A stretch of 64,000 nt of DNA from Desulfobacterales bacterium (lineage in GTDB: Bacteria > Desulfobacterota > Desulfobacteria > Desulfobacterales > UBA5852): positions 2,592,001 through 2,656,000 of the forward strand of contig CAXXVS010000003.1 of the NCBI GenBank assembly GCA_963674755.2, in the 5' to 3' direction. The notes beneath the pieces are model-generated. The model made no database searches. It had not been told where the DNA came from and saw only the letters and a list, made by a program, of their open reading frames with translations. Position numbers and translations under genes: made by a program. Positions 24,437 to 33,816 of the stretch are shown in pieces; within the stretch, counting starts at the first letter, position 1; each line of letters opens with the position of its first letter.

Positions 24437-25408
24437 ATGGCGAAAAAGGCTTTTGTGGCAACCCTGTCCCCTGGCGACACCGTCGATGATGAATTCGTCC
24501 TGGCCGGGAAGACGGTTTTGCAGAAACGGGACGGCCATCAGTATCTCAATGTGGTAATGGCGGACCGCAGCGGACAGATCAAAGGCGTCGTCTGGGACAA
24601 TGTCCGTTCCATTGCCGCCGCGGCGGAGATCGGGGATTTCGTGCGTATCACTGGCAGTGTCTCCGAATACCGCGGTACCCCGCAGCTGGTCATCAAATCC
24701 ATGACGGCCGTTGCCGCCGACCGCGTGTCGGCGGAAGACTTCCTGCCGGCCACGGAGCTGGATGTGGATCAGCTCTTTGAGCGGCTGGTGAACCTCACCC
24801 ACACGTTTACCACGCCTTGGCTGAAAAGCCTGTTTGCGGCCTTCTGGCAAGATGAGACCTTTGTGGCGGGCTTTAAAAAAGCCCCTGCCGCCAAGCGCAT
24901 GCATCATGCCTACCTGGGCGGTTTGCTGGTGCACTGCCTGTCCATGGCGGTCCTGGCGGACAAGCTGGCCGCCCACTACAACGGGCTTGATCGGGATCTG
25001 CTGATTGCCGGTGCCATTTTGCACGATGTCGGCAAATTGCGTGAGTTCGACTACGCCACCGCGATCGACTATTCCGATGAGGGGCGGCTGCTCAGCCACA
25101 TCGTGATCGGTCTGGAAATGCTCGATGAAAAGCTGCGCCAGATCCCCGATATCCCCCGGGACCAGGCCAATCACCTGAAGCACATGATCGTCAGCCACCA
25201 CGGTGAGCCGGCCTTCGGTGCCCTGGAACCGCCCAAGACCGTCGAGGCCGTGGTGCTGCACTATATCGACGACCTGGATTCCAAAATCAATGCCGTGCGG
25301 GAGTTCATGGCCAAAGAAGATCCTGACCAGGCCTGGACTTCCTTTCATCGCATCCTGGGACGTCATTTTTACAGGGGAACCGCCGAAACCACTTCCTCCA
25401 AAGGATAG
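24437..25408 (+). CDS. yhaM: YhaM/Cbf1-family 3'-5' exoribonuclease (OB + HD)
   Basis: N-terminal OB fold; PAAKRMHHAYLGGLLVH, LHDVGK, SHHG, IDDLDSK. Confidence 0.9.
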   Translation: MAKKAFVATLSPGDTVDDEFVLAGKTVLQKRDGHQYLNVVMADRSGQIKGVVWDNVRSIAAAAEIGDFVRITGSVSEYRGTPQLVIKSMTAVAADRVSAEDFLPATELDVDQLFERLVNLTHTFTTPWLKSLFAAFWQDETFVAGFKKAPAAKRMHHAYLGGLLVHCLSMAVLADKLAAHYNGLDRDLLIAGAILHDVGKLREFDYATAIDYSDEGRLLSHIVIGLEMLDEKLRQIPDIPRDQANHLKHMIVSHHGEPAFGALEPPKTVEAVVLHYIDDLDSKINAVREFMAKEDPDQAWTSFHRILGRHFYRGTAETTSSKG

Positions 25409-25478
25409 ATCGCATGATCGCCGGCCGTCTCAGGGGAGAACGGCGCGGGCGCTCCTGCGCCCCAAGGATGAATCGGAT

Positions 25479-26120
25479 ATGTTCATTACGCTCGAAGGCA
25501 TCGAAGGTTCCGGCAAGACAACGGCTCTGGCACGCCTTGTAGCCTATCTGGAGGGTCGCGGCCGTGTCTGCCGGGTAACGCGGGAGCCGGGGGGCACGCC
25601 CTTCGGGCAGCGCCTGCGGTCGATTCTGCTGGACCCGGACAGCGGCGCCCTCGATCCCCGCGCCGAATTGCTGCTCTATTGCGCCGATCGGGTGCAGCAT
25701 GTCCATACCGTCATCCAGCCCGCCCTGGCGGCCGGAGATATCGTGGTCTGCGACCGTTATCTGGACGCCACCCTGGCTTATCAGGGCGGCGCCCGGGGAT
25801 TGGGCCTGGAGGTGATCCGGGCGTTGCACGGGCTGGTAGTGCCGCTCCTGCAGCCGGATCTGACCTTTCTCTTCGATCTGGACCCCCGGATCGGATTGGA
25901 GCGCGCCTGGGCGGCGGTGGAAGGCGGCGAGCGCCGGCGCAGCGAATCCCGCTTCGAAGCCGAAGCGCTATCCTTTCATACCAGCGTGCGGCAGCATTAT
26001 CTGGCTCTGGCCCGGGCTGAAGGCGAGCGTTTTGTGGTGCTCGATGCGGCCCGCCCCCCGGCGGAAGTGGCCGACCAAATGATTGCTGCGCTGGTGCGCC
26101 GCCAGCCCGACTTTGCCTGA
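25479..26120 (+). CDS. tmk: Thymidylate kinase
   Basis: MFITLEGIEGSGKTT, TREPGGT, CDRY, AYQG, PDLT. Confidence 0.96.
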   Translation: MFITLEGIEGSGKTTALARLVAYLEGRGRVCRVTREPGGTPFGQRLRSILLDPDSGALDPRAELLLYCADRVQHVHTVIQPALAAGDIVVCDRYLDATLAYQGGARGLGLEVIRALHGLVVPLLQPDLTFLFDLDPRIGLERAWAAVEGGERRRSESRFEAEALSFHTSVRQHYLALARAEGERFVVLDAARPPAEVADQMIAALVRRQPDFA

Positions 26121-26155
26121 ACGCCCGTGGAAGCTGAAGGATTGAACGAACGGCC

Positions 26156-28432
26156 ATGACACATACCCTTATCGACGAAATCGGTCACACGCCGCTGATC
26201 CCGATCCGGCACCTCAATACCAACCCGGCTGTCCGCGTGCTGGCCAAACTGGAGTATATGAACCCCGGCGGATCGATCAAGGACCGCGCCGCCCTTTCTA
26301 TGATCGAAGCGGGTGAGCGCAGTGGCGAACTGACGCCGGAGAAAACCGTCATCGAGGCCACCAGCGGCAATACAGGCATCGGGCTGGCCCTGGTCTGCGC
26401 CGTCAAAGGCTATCGTCTGCTGCTGGCCATGTCCGAATCCGCCAGCGTGGAGCGCCGGAAGATCCTGCGGGCCCGCGGGGCGGATATTCTGTTGACGCCC
26501 GGGCACCTCGGCACCGATGGTGCCATCGAGGAAGTCTACCGCCTGGTGCGCGAAAATCCCGCTAAGTATTTCATGACGGACCAGTACAACAATCCGGCCA
26601 ACTACATGGCGCACAAGGAGGGCACTGCCACCGAAATCTGGCAGCAGACCGATGGACAGGTGACCCATCTGGTGGCCACGGTTGGCACCTGCGGTACGGT
26701 CATGGGGCTCTCCATGGGACTCAAGGCGTTCAATCCGGCCATTCAGCTCATTGCCGTCGAACCGTACATGGGGCACAAGCTGCAAGGCCTCAAGAACCTC
26801 AAGGAATCCTACTGCCCCGAGATTTTCGACAAGCGGCGCATCGACGAGAAGATCAACATCGACGACGAGGAAGCCTTTGAAACCACCCGCCGGCTGGCCC
26901 GCGAGGAAGGCCTTTTCGTGGGCATGAGCAGCGGGGCCGCCATGGCGGTGGCGCTGCGCCAAGCCCGCACGCTGCAAACCGGCACCATCGTGGTCATTTT
27001 GCCGGACGGCGGCGAACGCTACCTCAGCACGCCGCTGTTTGCGGCCCCCGAGAAGGCCCATATCCAGCTTTTCGATACCATGCAACGGCGCAAGCAGGCC
27101 CTGGAAACGCTGCAACCGGGCAAAGTGAGCATCTATTCCTGCGGGCCCACGGCCTATGCCCCTCTCCACCTGGGCCAGTGCCGGCGCTATGTTTTTGCGG
27201 ATTTGCTCTGCCGCTACCTGGTGTTTCGGGGATATGCGGTGCGCCATCTGGTCAATATCACCGACCTGGACGATAAAACCATCAAGGGCTCCGAAAGGGC
27301 CGGACAAAGCCTGTCGGACTTTACCCGGGGCCATATCGCCAATTTCAAAAAAGACATGGCGTTTCTGCGCATCCAGCCGGCGGACTTGTACCCCCTGGCC
27401 AGCGAACATGTGGACGATATGGTGCAGCTGGCCCGCACGCTGATGCAGAAAGGCTTTGCCTACGAAAAACTACGCTCGCTCTATTTCAATATTGCGCGTC
27501 TGCCGGCCTACGGCTGCCTTTCGGGCATCGACCTGGAGAAGATGCGGCTGGGCCATACCGTGGACCTCGATGAATATGAAAAGGACAATCCGCGGGACTT
27601 CACCCTGCTCAAACGGGCCCGGCTCTCGGAGCTCAAACGGGGGCTGTTTACCAAAACCGAGTGGGGCAACGTAAGGCCCTCCTGGCACATCCAATGTGTG
27701 GCCATGGCCACCAAATATCTGGGGGAAACCATCGACATTCACACGGGCGGCAGTGAACTGGTCTTCCCCCATCACGAGAATGAAATCGCCATTGCCGCGG
27801 CCGTCAGCGGCAAACCCCTTGCGAATTGCTGGCTGCACTGCGACGGTGTGCAGATGGACGGTCCGGCCGCTGCCGCTGACGAGCCGCCGGTCACGCTGGC
27901 CGACCTGGTCCGGGAAGGCTATTCCGGGCGCACCATCCGGTTTTGGCTGTTGGCGACCCACTACCGCAAAACCGCCACCTTTTCCCGCGCGCGGCTTGTG
28001 GCGGCAGAGCAATCCCTCAAGCGGTTGGATGGCTGCGTTAAAGTGTTGCAGGAAGTGTGCGGGGACCGCGGCTACCCCGAATTGAATCAGCTGCTCTACG
28101 ATCTTCGCAATGGATTCACCCAGGCCATGGATGACGACCTGAACGTCTCCGGGGCCCTGGCCGCGGTTTTCTCCGTCGTAAAGCGCATCAACCGGCTGAA
28201 TCAGGCCGGCCGGTTCAGCCGGGACGATGCCGCGCAGCTGTTGGAAGCCTTCCGCCAGGTGGATGGCGTTCTGGGGGTTTTTGATTTTGAACCGGCGCCC
28301 TTTCCCGACGATGTTGCCACCCTGATGGAAGCGCGTGAAACAGCGCGTGCCCAAAAGGATTTCGATACGGCCGATCGACTCCGGGAGGAACTGCGCGCGC
28401 GCGGTGTCAACGTGAAGGATGCCAAGCTTTGA
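26156..28432 (+). CDS. Cysteine synthase (CysK/CysM) fused to cysteine--tRNA ligase-like domain
   Basis: N-half: NPGGSIKDR, ATSGNTG, GTCGT, GMSSGA, PDGGERYLST. C-half: SCGPT, HLGQ, NITDLDDK, WHIQC, FPHHENE and a CysRS-type C-terminal domain. One uninterrupted 758-aa ORF. Confidence 0.93.
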   Translation: MTHTLIDEIGHTPLIPIRHLNTNPAVRVLAKLEYMNPGGSIKDRAALSMIEAGERSGELTPEKTVIEATSGNTGIGLALVCAVKGYRLLLAMSESASVERRKILRARGADILLTPGHLGTDGAIEEVYRLVRENPAKYFMTDQYNNPANYMAHKEGTATEIWQQTDGQVTHLVATVGTCGTVMGLSMGLKAFNPAIQLIAVEPYMGHKLQGLKNLKESYCPEIFDKRRIDEKINIDDEEAFETTRRLAREEGLFVGMSSGAAMAVALRQARTLQTGTIVVILPDGGERYLSTPLFAAPEKAHIQLFDTMQRRKQALETLQPGKVSIYSCGPTAYAPLHLGQCRRYVFADLLCRYLVFRGYAVRHLVNITDLDDKTIKGSERAGQSLSDFTRGHIANFKKDMAFLRIQPADLYPLASEHVDDMVQLARTLMQKGFAYEKLRSLYFNIARLPAYGCLSGIDLEKMRLGHTVDLDEYEKDNPRDFTLLKRARLSELKRGLFTKTEWGNVRPSWHIQCVAMATKYLGETIDIHTGGSELVFPHHENEIAIAAAVSGKPLANCWLHCDGVQMDGPAAAADEPPVTLADLVREGYSGRTIRFWLLATHYRKTATFSRARLVAAEQSLKRLDGCVKVLQEVCGDRGYPELNQLLYDLRNGFTQAMDDDLNVSGALAAVFSVVKRINRLNQAGRFSRDDAAQLLEAFRQVDGVLGVFDFEPAPFPDDVATLMEARETARAQKDFDTADRLREELRARGVNVKDAKL

Positions 28433-29448
28433 AAATCGTCTATTTTCCTTATACGGCTATTCAGCCCCGCAAGGCGGAACAGCTGGCCGCCCTGTGGGGG
28501 CCCGTGACACTTCTCCAGCCCGCGCCGGATGTCTGCCGGCCGGAGACCCGGGCCCTCGAGAAGGCCGGATGGATCGAAATGCTTTTTCCGGCCGACGATC
28601 ATGACCGGTCGTTGATCGATCATCTGAACGCCTTCGAGCAATGGGCAGCCCGCAACGCGGGAAGTGATTTGGCGGCCCTGATGAGACAGAGGACGCCGAC
28701 CCCCTTTTGCGGCGACCAGTCGCTGGCCAGGATCGTTACCGAGCTCCGCAACGGTGGGAAGACAACAATGCCGGCCGCTCCGGAGAAGTCGCCCCCCCGG
28801 GATATTTTCCAGGATCAACTTCTGCTGGCCATGGCACAGAAATTCGATCGCCAGCAGGAAGAGCTGGCAAGCCAGATCGAAACCCTGGCCCGGAAGGAAC
28901 ACCAGATGCTGGCGCTGCTCAGAGGTGAAGAAGCGGTGGACCGCGAGCCCTTGGGTACGCCCTGGACGCCGCCGAGCGGCCCGCAGGCGGCTTTGCTTGA
29001 TCTGAGGATCAAGGCCTGGGCCCGGGTGATGCGGACCTTGCCGGAGATGGAGGAGGGCTTCCCCGGAGGGACGAACGGCATCCTGTTCCTGACAGACAAC
29101 CGCAGCGTAATGGACCAGATTCAAGACCATTTCCCGGAAGCGCAGCTTCGCCTGGAGGCTTGTCCCGTTACCGCCGGAGCGCGCTGTGCGGAGACCTTCC
29201 GGATGCTACCGCCATGGCTTGCGCAATTGTTGACCTCCCGGAGCGTTCCGGCCTCCGGGCCGGTGGCGTATGCCACGCTCGGCCTTGATCTGGTCGAAAT
29301 ACCCGCCCTGCCTATCGGTGGATTCTTCCGGCGACTGGCAGGCGGGGAGCGCCAAGGAGCCGGCGATTCGATTCCGGGGCACACGGCCGAATCCTGCTGG
29401 GTGGGATCCCTATCTTGGCCGGAAGACGCTGAGGGGGATGCTGTCTGA
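28429..29448 (+). CDS. Hypothetical protein
   Basis: 339-aa ORF whose TTG start overlaps the upstream stop codon; no recognised motif. Confidence 0.7.
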   Translation: MKIVYFPYTAIQPRKAEQLAALWGPVTLLQPAPDVCRPETRALEKAGWIEMLFPADDHDRSLIDHLNAFEQWAARNAGSDLAALMRQRTPTPFCGDQSLARIVTELRNGGKTTMPAAPEKSPPRDIFQDQLLLAMAQKFDRQQEELASQIETLARKEHQMLALLRGEEAVDREPLGTPWTPPSGPQAALLDLRIKAWARVMRTLPEMEEGFPGGTNGILFLTDNRSVMDQIQDHFPEAQLRLEACPVTAGARCAETFRMLPPWLAQLLTSRSVPASGPVAYATLGLDLVEIPALPIGGFFRRLAGGERQGAGDSIPGHTAESCWVGSLSWPEDAEGDAV

Positions 29449-29540
29449 CGGATCAATGCCTATCTAACTATCCGGATTATTGTATAATACAAAAAGTTTC
29501 CGATGCTCTGCGACCGGGGGTGAAAAAATACCGGCAAGGC

Positions 29541-29567
29541 TTGACTGGCCCTGGCAATTGGTATAAT
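29541..29567 (+). promoter_or_regulatory. Sigma70 promoter of ferredoxin (extended -10)
   Basis: TTGACT-N15-TATAAT with TG immediately upstream (TGgTATAAT). Confidence 0.6.
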
Positions 29568-29637
29568 GACTTCGACGATATTGATATCAACGACGCACCC
29601 GCGTCATATGCGACGATCCTTGAAAGGAGGCTATTAG

Positions 29638-29826
29638 ATGGCTTTTACCCCGGTTGTTGACGAAGACAAATGCGAAGGTTGCGAAGAATGCGTGGACGTG
29701 TGCCCGGTGGAAGTGTTCGAGATGCAGGACGGCAAATCCGTCCCCGTGAACGCGGAAGAGTGCCTGGGCTGTGAAAGTTGCGTGGAAGTCTGCGAAGCCG
29801 ACGCCATCACCGTCGAAGAATCCTAA
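29638..29826 (+). CDS. 2[4Fe-4S] ferredoxin
   Basis: CEGCEECVDVCP and CLGCESCVEVC; acidic 62 aa; AAAGGAGG RBS. Confidence 0.96.
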   Translation: MAFTPVVDEDKCEGCEECVDVCPVEVFEMQDGKSVPVNAEECLGCESCVEVCEADAITVEES

Positions 29827-29842
29827 TCCAGACGGTTTTTTT

Positions 29843-29877
29843 AAAGCCCCCATCCTGCGGGATGCGGGGCTTTTTTT
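29843..29877 (+). terminator. Rho-independent terminator of ferredoxin
   Basis: AAAGCCCCCATCC-TGCG-GGATGCGGGGC followed by T7. Confidence 0.85.
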
Positions 29878-29931
29878 GTGCCGCCCGCCCGCCGTCCACA
29901 GGATGGTGCGCGTGGGCTCTGTTCGCCGGAT

Positions 29932-29976
29932 AAAAAGCCAACCCCCGCAGGACCCGACGGGTCCTGCGGGGGTTGG
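29932..29976 (-). terminator. Rho-independent terminator of the VWA-OmpA gene
   Basis: Perfect 18-bp stem CCAACCCCCGCAGGACCC/GGGTCCTGCGGGGGTTGG, followed on the - strand by CTTTTT. Confidence 0.8.
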
Positions 29977-30032
29977 TCGTTCATGGTGCGGCGGACCTGG
30001 TGATCCGCCACACCGCTGCTGTCAGGCCGGGG

Positions 30033-31151
30033 CTAGTTCATGGGCACCAGCTCCACCCGGCGGTTTTTGGCCCGGTTGGCTTCCGAATCGTTCGGGAAGC
30101 GCGGATTGCTTTCGCCGTAACCCTTGGCGGTCAGGCGACTGGCGGCAATTCCCTGGCCGATCAGGTAGTCCTTGACCGACTTGGCCCGTCGGTCGGAGAG
30201 GCCCATGTTGTATTCGGCCGTGCCGGTGTCGTCGGTGTATCCTGCGACTTCCACCCGGATCTGCGGGTTTTCTTTCAGGATCTGGATGTCGTCCTGCAGG
30301 ATTTGTTTGGATTCAGGACGCAGCTTCGCCGAATTGAATTCGAAGGTCACTCCGCTCAGAATCCAGGAAATTTTCGGCTGGGGCAACGGCGGCGGCGGGA
30401 CCGGAGCGGGCACGGGTTTGGCCTGGCCTTTCTTCAGGAAGACCTTTTCCACAAAGGCCGCCATGGCGTCCGGGGTAGCCAGCTCGTCGGCCGAGGTCGC
30501 CGATCCGCAGGCGCTCGTGGCCGCCAGGTCGCTCATCATCTGGCGCCCCTTGTCCGTATTGCCCACAAAGACCGTGTAGAGGCACAGCCGGTCGCCGAAT
30601 TGCTCCTTGAGGTCATTGGCCGCCTTCAGAGGCGGGATGGCAGGGGAGTTCTCGATGCCGTCGCTGAATACGATGACGGCGATGTCACCGCTGGTATCCT
30701 TCAGCAGCTTGCCGGCTTCCATCAGCCCCAACCCCATGGGGGTCGTGCCGCCGGGACCGGAAATTTTGCTCATGCCTTCCGCGAAACCTTCCCGTGTATA
30801 GTCGGTCAGTCCGTAAACCGTCGTGACCGGTGCCTTGCCGAGCCCGAAAGCCGTTATGCCACCCTTAATGGGCAGGGGGGGCATGGTCATGTTCATGCGG
30901 CTGGCCAAGTCCCTGGCCACGGCAAACTTGGAGTGTCCATTGTTGAGCTGCCCCTTGTAGGCAGCGCCCATGGAAGAAGAGGAATCAAAGACCACCACAA
31001 AGTTATCCGGTTTGGCGACGTACTGCCCGGAGCTGACCTTGCCGCTGAGATCCTGGGGGCTGAATGGGGCCATGGGCTGCGTGGCGGCACAGGCCGCCAG
31101 CAACATGGCCAACGCGATAAAAAGACCACCTCTAATCAATGTTTTTTTCAT
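30033..31151 (-). CDS. Lipoprotein with VWA and OmpA-like peptidoglycan-binding domains
   Basis: Lipobox LAAC, MIDAS DSSSS, TP and SDG motifs, Pro linker, GYTD...N..LS..RA, NRRVE. Confidence 0.9.
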   Translation of the reverse strand: MKKTLIRGGLFIALAMLLAACAATQPMAPFSPQDLSGKVSSGQYVAKPDNFVVVFDSSSSMGAAYKGQLNNGHSKFAVARDLASRMNMTMPPLPIKGGITAFGLGKAPVTTVYGLTDYTREGFAEGMSKISGPGGTTPMGLGLMEAGKLLKDTSGDIAVIVFSDGIENSPAIPPLKAANDLKEQFGDRLCLYTVFVGNTDKGRQMMSDLAATSACGSATSADELATPDAMAAFVEKVFLKKGQAKPVPAPVPPPPLPQPKISWILSGVTFEFNSAKLRPESKQILQDDIQILKENPQIRVEVAGYTDDTGTAEYNMGLSDRRAKSVKDYLIGQGIAASRLTAKGYGESNPRFPNDSEANRAKNRRVELVPMN

Positions 31152-31727
31152 AACCTCACCTCGTTTGTGTCTTGGTTGACAATTGGGAAGACCGGGTCGT
31201 CGTCTCCGCTCCTCTTGCGTAAACATGCCCCGTTCAGGAACAGCCTATATATGGGAAGCGATCGGTGCCGATTTCGAAAGGTTCGGGTCCACATGCTGAC
31301 CGGATCGCCATGAATTGTTAAGGGATGTGATTCAATGCTGTGGAAACCGTAAGGCCGGTAACGACTAGAACAGACCGCCTTATAGCACAGCAAAAATTGA
31401 CTTATCAACTAGCGCTTTGCTCAAATCATAATAATGGTCGAATCGATGTCAACAAGCGATAGATGGGGAAAGTTTGATACTCATGCACATTAACGCAATG
31501 GCTAAATTGACTTTTACGAATGATTTTGACGAGAAATCCGCGCTCGGGGATGGCGCCGCCATGCGACGGGATTGGGCGGCCGGTTCCTCATTCCGGTTCG
31601 CTCAGGGGAACGTCTTGCCGACAACCCGGGAAATTGGTTGCCCGGGTTGCGCTGATGCCCGCCCGTGGCGATTTCATCGATGATCACGGCTTGCCCGTTT
31701 CCCCTTTATATGGTAGATTCGACCGCC

Positions 31728-32060
31728 ATGAAACAATATGTCATCGATGAATTGACCCCTCAGAACTGCCAAGCCATTCGCCAATACCTGGAACGCTACG
31801 CGCAACCGGCCGGCGTCGAAGGATTGTACTGGTTGCCGATCGAGGAAGGATTGCTCGCGCCCGAGCAGCAATCCCATGTCACATGCAAACCGTTTTTCTT
31901 TGCGCTCGAGTTGCTGCCGGATCGCCTGGTATGCGAACTTCTGGTGCGGACCGGCAATCGCGTGCGTTGTAGCTGCATCGCTTACGCGAGCCGGCAGCAG
32001 CGGGAATGGCTGATCGAAGCCGTTGACGCCATCCTGCACAAACTGGACGTCAAGGCCTGA
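31728..32060 (+). CDS. Hypothetical protein
   Basis: 110 aa (MKQYVIDEL...), His/Cys residues (HVTC, CSC); 11 bp upstream of rnj. Confidence 0.75.
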   Translation: MKQYVIDELTPQNCQAIRQYLERYAQPAGVEGLYWLPIEEGLLAPEQQSHVTCKPFFFALELLPDRLVCELLVRTGNRVRCSCIAYASRQQREWLIEAVDAILHKLDVKA

Positions 32061-32071
32061 CAGCAGGATCC

Positions 32072-33721
32072 ATGCTGAAAATAATTCCCCTTGGTGGTTT
32101 AGGCGAAATCGGCCTCAACATGATGGTGTTCGAATACCGGGACACCCTGTTCGTCGTCGACTGCGGACTCATGTTCCCGGAGGATTACATGTTGGGGGTG
32201 GATTTTGTCATCCCGGACATGGACTATGTCCGGGCCAACCAGCACAAGGTGGCCGCCATCGTTTTGACCCACGCCCATGAAGACCACATCGGAGGCTTGC
32301 CCTTTCTGCTGCGCATCGTCAACGCTCCGGTATTCGGGACGCCTTTTACCCTGGGCGTGGTGCGCAACAAGCTGGAAGAATTCGGGCTGACCCAGTCGGC
32401 CAAACTCCATGAAATCAAAGCCGGGGGCCGAATCAAGCTGGGGGAGTTTCAGCTCGAGTTCATCCGCGTCCGGCACAGTGTGGTGGATGGCGTCGGGCTG
32501 GCCATCGAGACCCCGTTGGGGGTGATTATCCACACGGGTGACTTCAAAATCAGCCATAGCAACCAGGACGGCATGGCCACCGATGTGAACCGCTTCGCCA
32601 TGTACGGCCAGAAAGGCACCCTGGCGCTGCTATCCGATTCCACTAATGTGGAAAAAGAAGGCTACACCATTTCGGCCGAAGTTATCGGCGCTGCTTTGGC
32701 GCGCGTTACCGAAGGGCGCAAGGGGCGCATTATCATCGCGCTTTTTGCGTCGAACATCACCCGCATCCAGCAGATCGTCAATATCGCCGAAGCGCGGGGC
32801 AAAAAGATCGTCTTCAACGGCAGAAGTATCGAGATTTCCGTGAAGCTGGCCAAGGAGCTGGGCTATCTCAAGGTTCCAGCCGACCTGGAAATCGACATCG
32901 ACGATATCGGCTACTACCCGGATGATGAGGTCATCCTGGTCACCACGGGCAGCCAGGGTGAGCCCATGTCGGTGTTGGCCCGCATGGCCGCCGGCACCCA
33001 CAAGCACATCAAAATCCGTAAAGAAGACACCATCGTGCTGTCGTCCAAATTTATCCCCGGCAACGAACGCGCCATCGCCGGCATTATCAACCGGCTCTAC
33101 CGTTTGGGGGCCGACGTCATTTACGAGAAGATTTCCGATATCCATGTTTCGGGGCACGCCTTCCGGGAAGAATTGAAACTCATGATCAACCTGACCAAGC
33201 CCCGGTTTTTCATCCCCATCCATGGCGAATACCGTCACTTGACGCTGCACGCGCGCCTGGCCCAGGAGGTCGGCATCCCGCCGGAGCGGATTTTGTTGGC
33301 CGAGAACGGACAGGTAGTCGAATTCGAAGGCCGGGAAGGCCGTATCCGCAACCGTGTGGGCACCGGACGGGTGCTGATCGACGGCAAAGGGGTGGGCGAT
33401 GTGGGGCGCAGTGTGCTCAGAGAGCGGCGCAATCTCTCCGAGCATGGTCTCGTGGTGGTGGCCATGGCACTGGACGAGGACACCGGTACGGTTGTTTACG
33501 GTCCGGAGATTTTCTCCCGGGGATTCGTCTTTGAACTTGAGACGGGGCATTTACTGGACGATGCGGTATGTGTCGTTCTGGAGGTGGTGGAAGATATCGG
33601 TCCGGAAACCCACAACCGCGTGGCCCGGATTCGTTCCCGGCTGCAGACCGTCCTGAAGCAGTATTTTTTCTTCACCATCGCCCGACGACCGGTCATCGTC
33701 CCGATCATCATCGAGGTCTGA
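32072..33721 (+). CDS. rnj: Ribonuclease J
   Basis: IPLGGLGEIGLN, THAHEDHIG, HTGDFK, DSTN, GSQGEP, HVSGHA, PIHGE. Confidence 0.97.
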   Translation: MLKIIPLGGLGEIGLNMMVFEYRDTLFVVDCGLMFPEDYMLGVDFVIPDMDYVRANQHKVAAIVLTHAHEDHIGGLPFLLRIVNAPVFGTPFTLGVVRNKLEEFGLTQSAKLHEIKAGGRIKLGEFQLEFIRVRHSVVDGVGLAIETPLGVIIHTGDFKISHSNQDGMATDVNRFAMYGQKGTLALLSDSTNVEKEGYTISAEVIGAALARVTEGRKGRIIIALFASNITRIQQIVNIAEARGKKIVFNGRSIEISVKLAKELGYLKVPADLEIDIDDIGYYPDDEVILVTTGSQGEPMSVLARMAAGTHKHIKIRKEDTIVLSSKFIPGNERAIAGIINRLYRLGADVIYEKISDIHVSGHAFREELKLMINLTKPRFFIPIHGEYRHLTLHARLAQEVGIPPERILLAENGQVVEFEGREGRIRNRVGTGRVLIDGKGVGDVGRSVLRERRNLSEHGLVVVAMALDEDTGTVVYGPEIFSRGFVFELETGHLLDDAVCVVLEVVEDIGPETHNRVARIRSRLQTVLKQYFFFTIARRPVIVPIIIEV

Positions 33722-33816
33722 GACGTTTACCACAACCCCATGCAAGGAGACCGCGTCTCTTCCCTAACCGGCGGCATTGGGGGGGCCGCCTGCGGCAGCG
33801 ACGCTATGAATCGATT

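Noticed and set aside
29638..29826. Assigning this ferredoxin as the acceptor of the two AORs
   Set aside because: It is 28 kb away, monocistronic with its own sigma70-type promoter; nothing in the sequence links them.
31560..31670. Hairpin CAACCCGGG...CCCGGGTTG upstream of the rnj operon as a structured RNA
   Set aside because: A single 9-bp GC stem with no further support.
33568..33816. Apparent N-terminal extension of FtsK (and likewise of Tmk at 25203-25478)
   Set aside because: Both overlap the upstream genes; family-typical starts are at 33817 and 25479.
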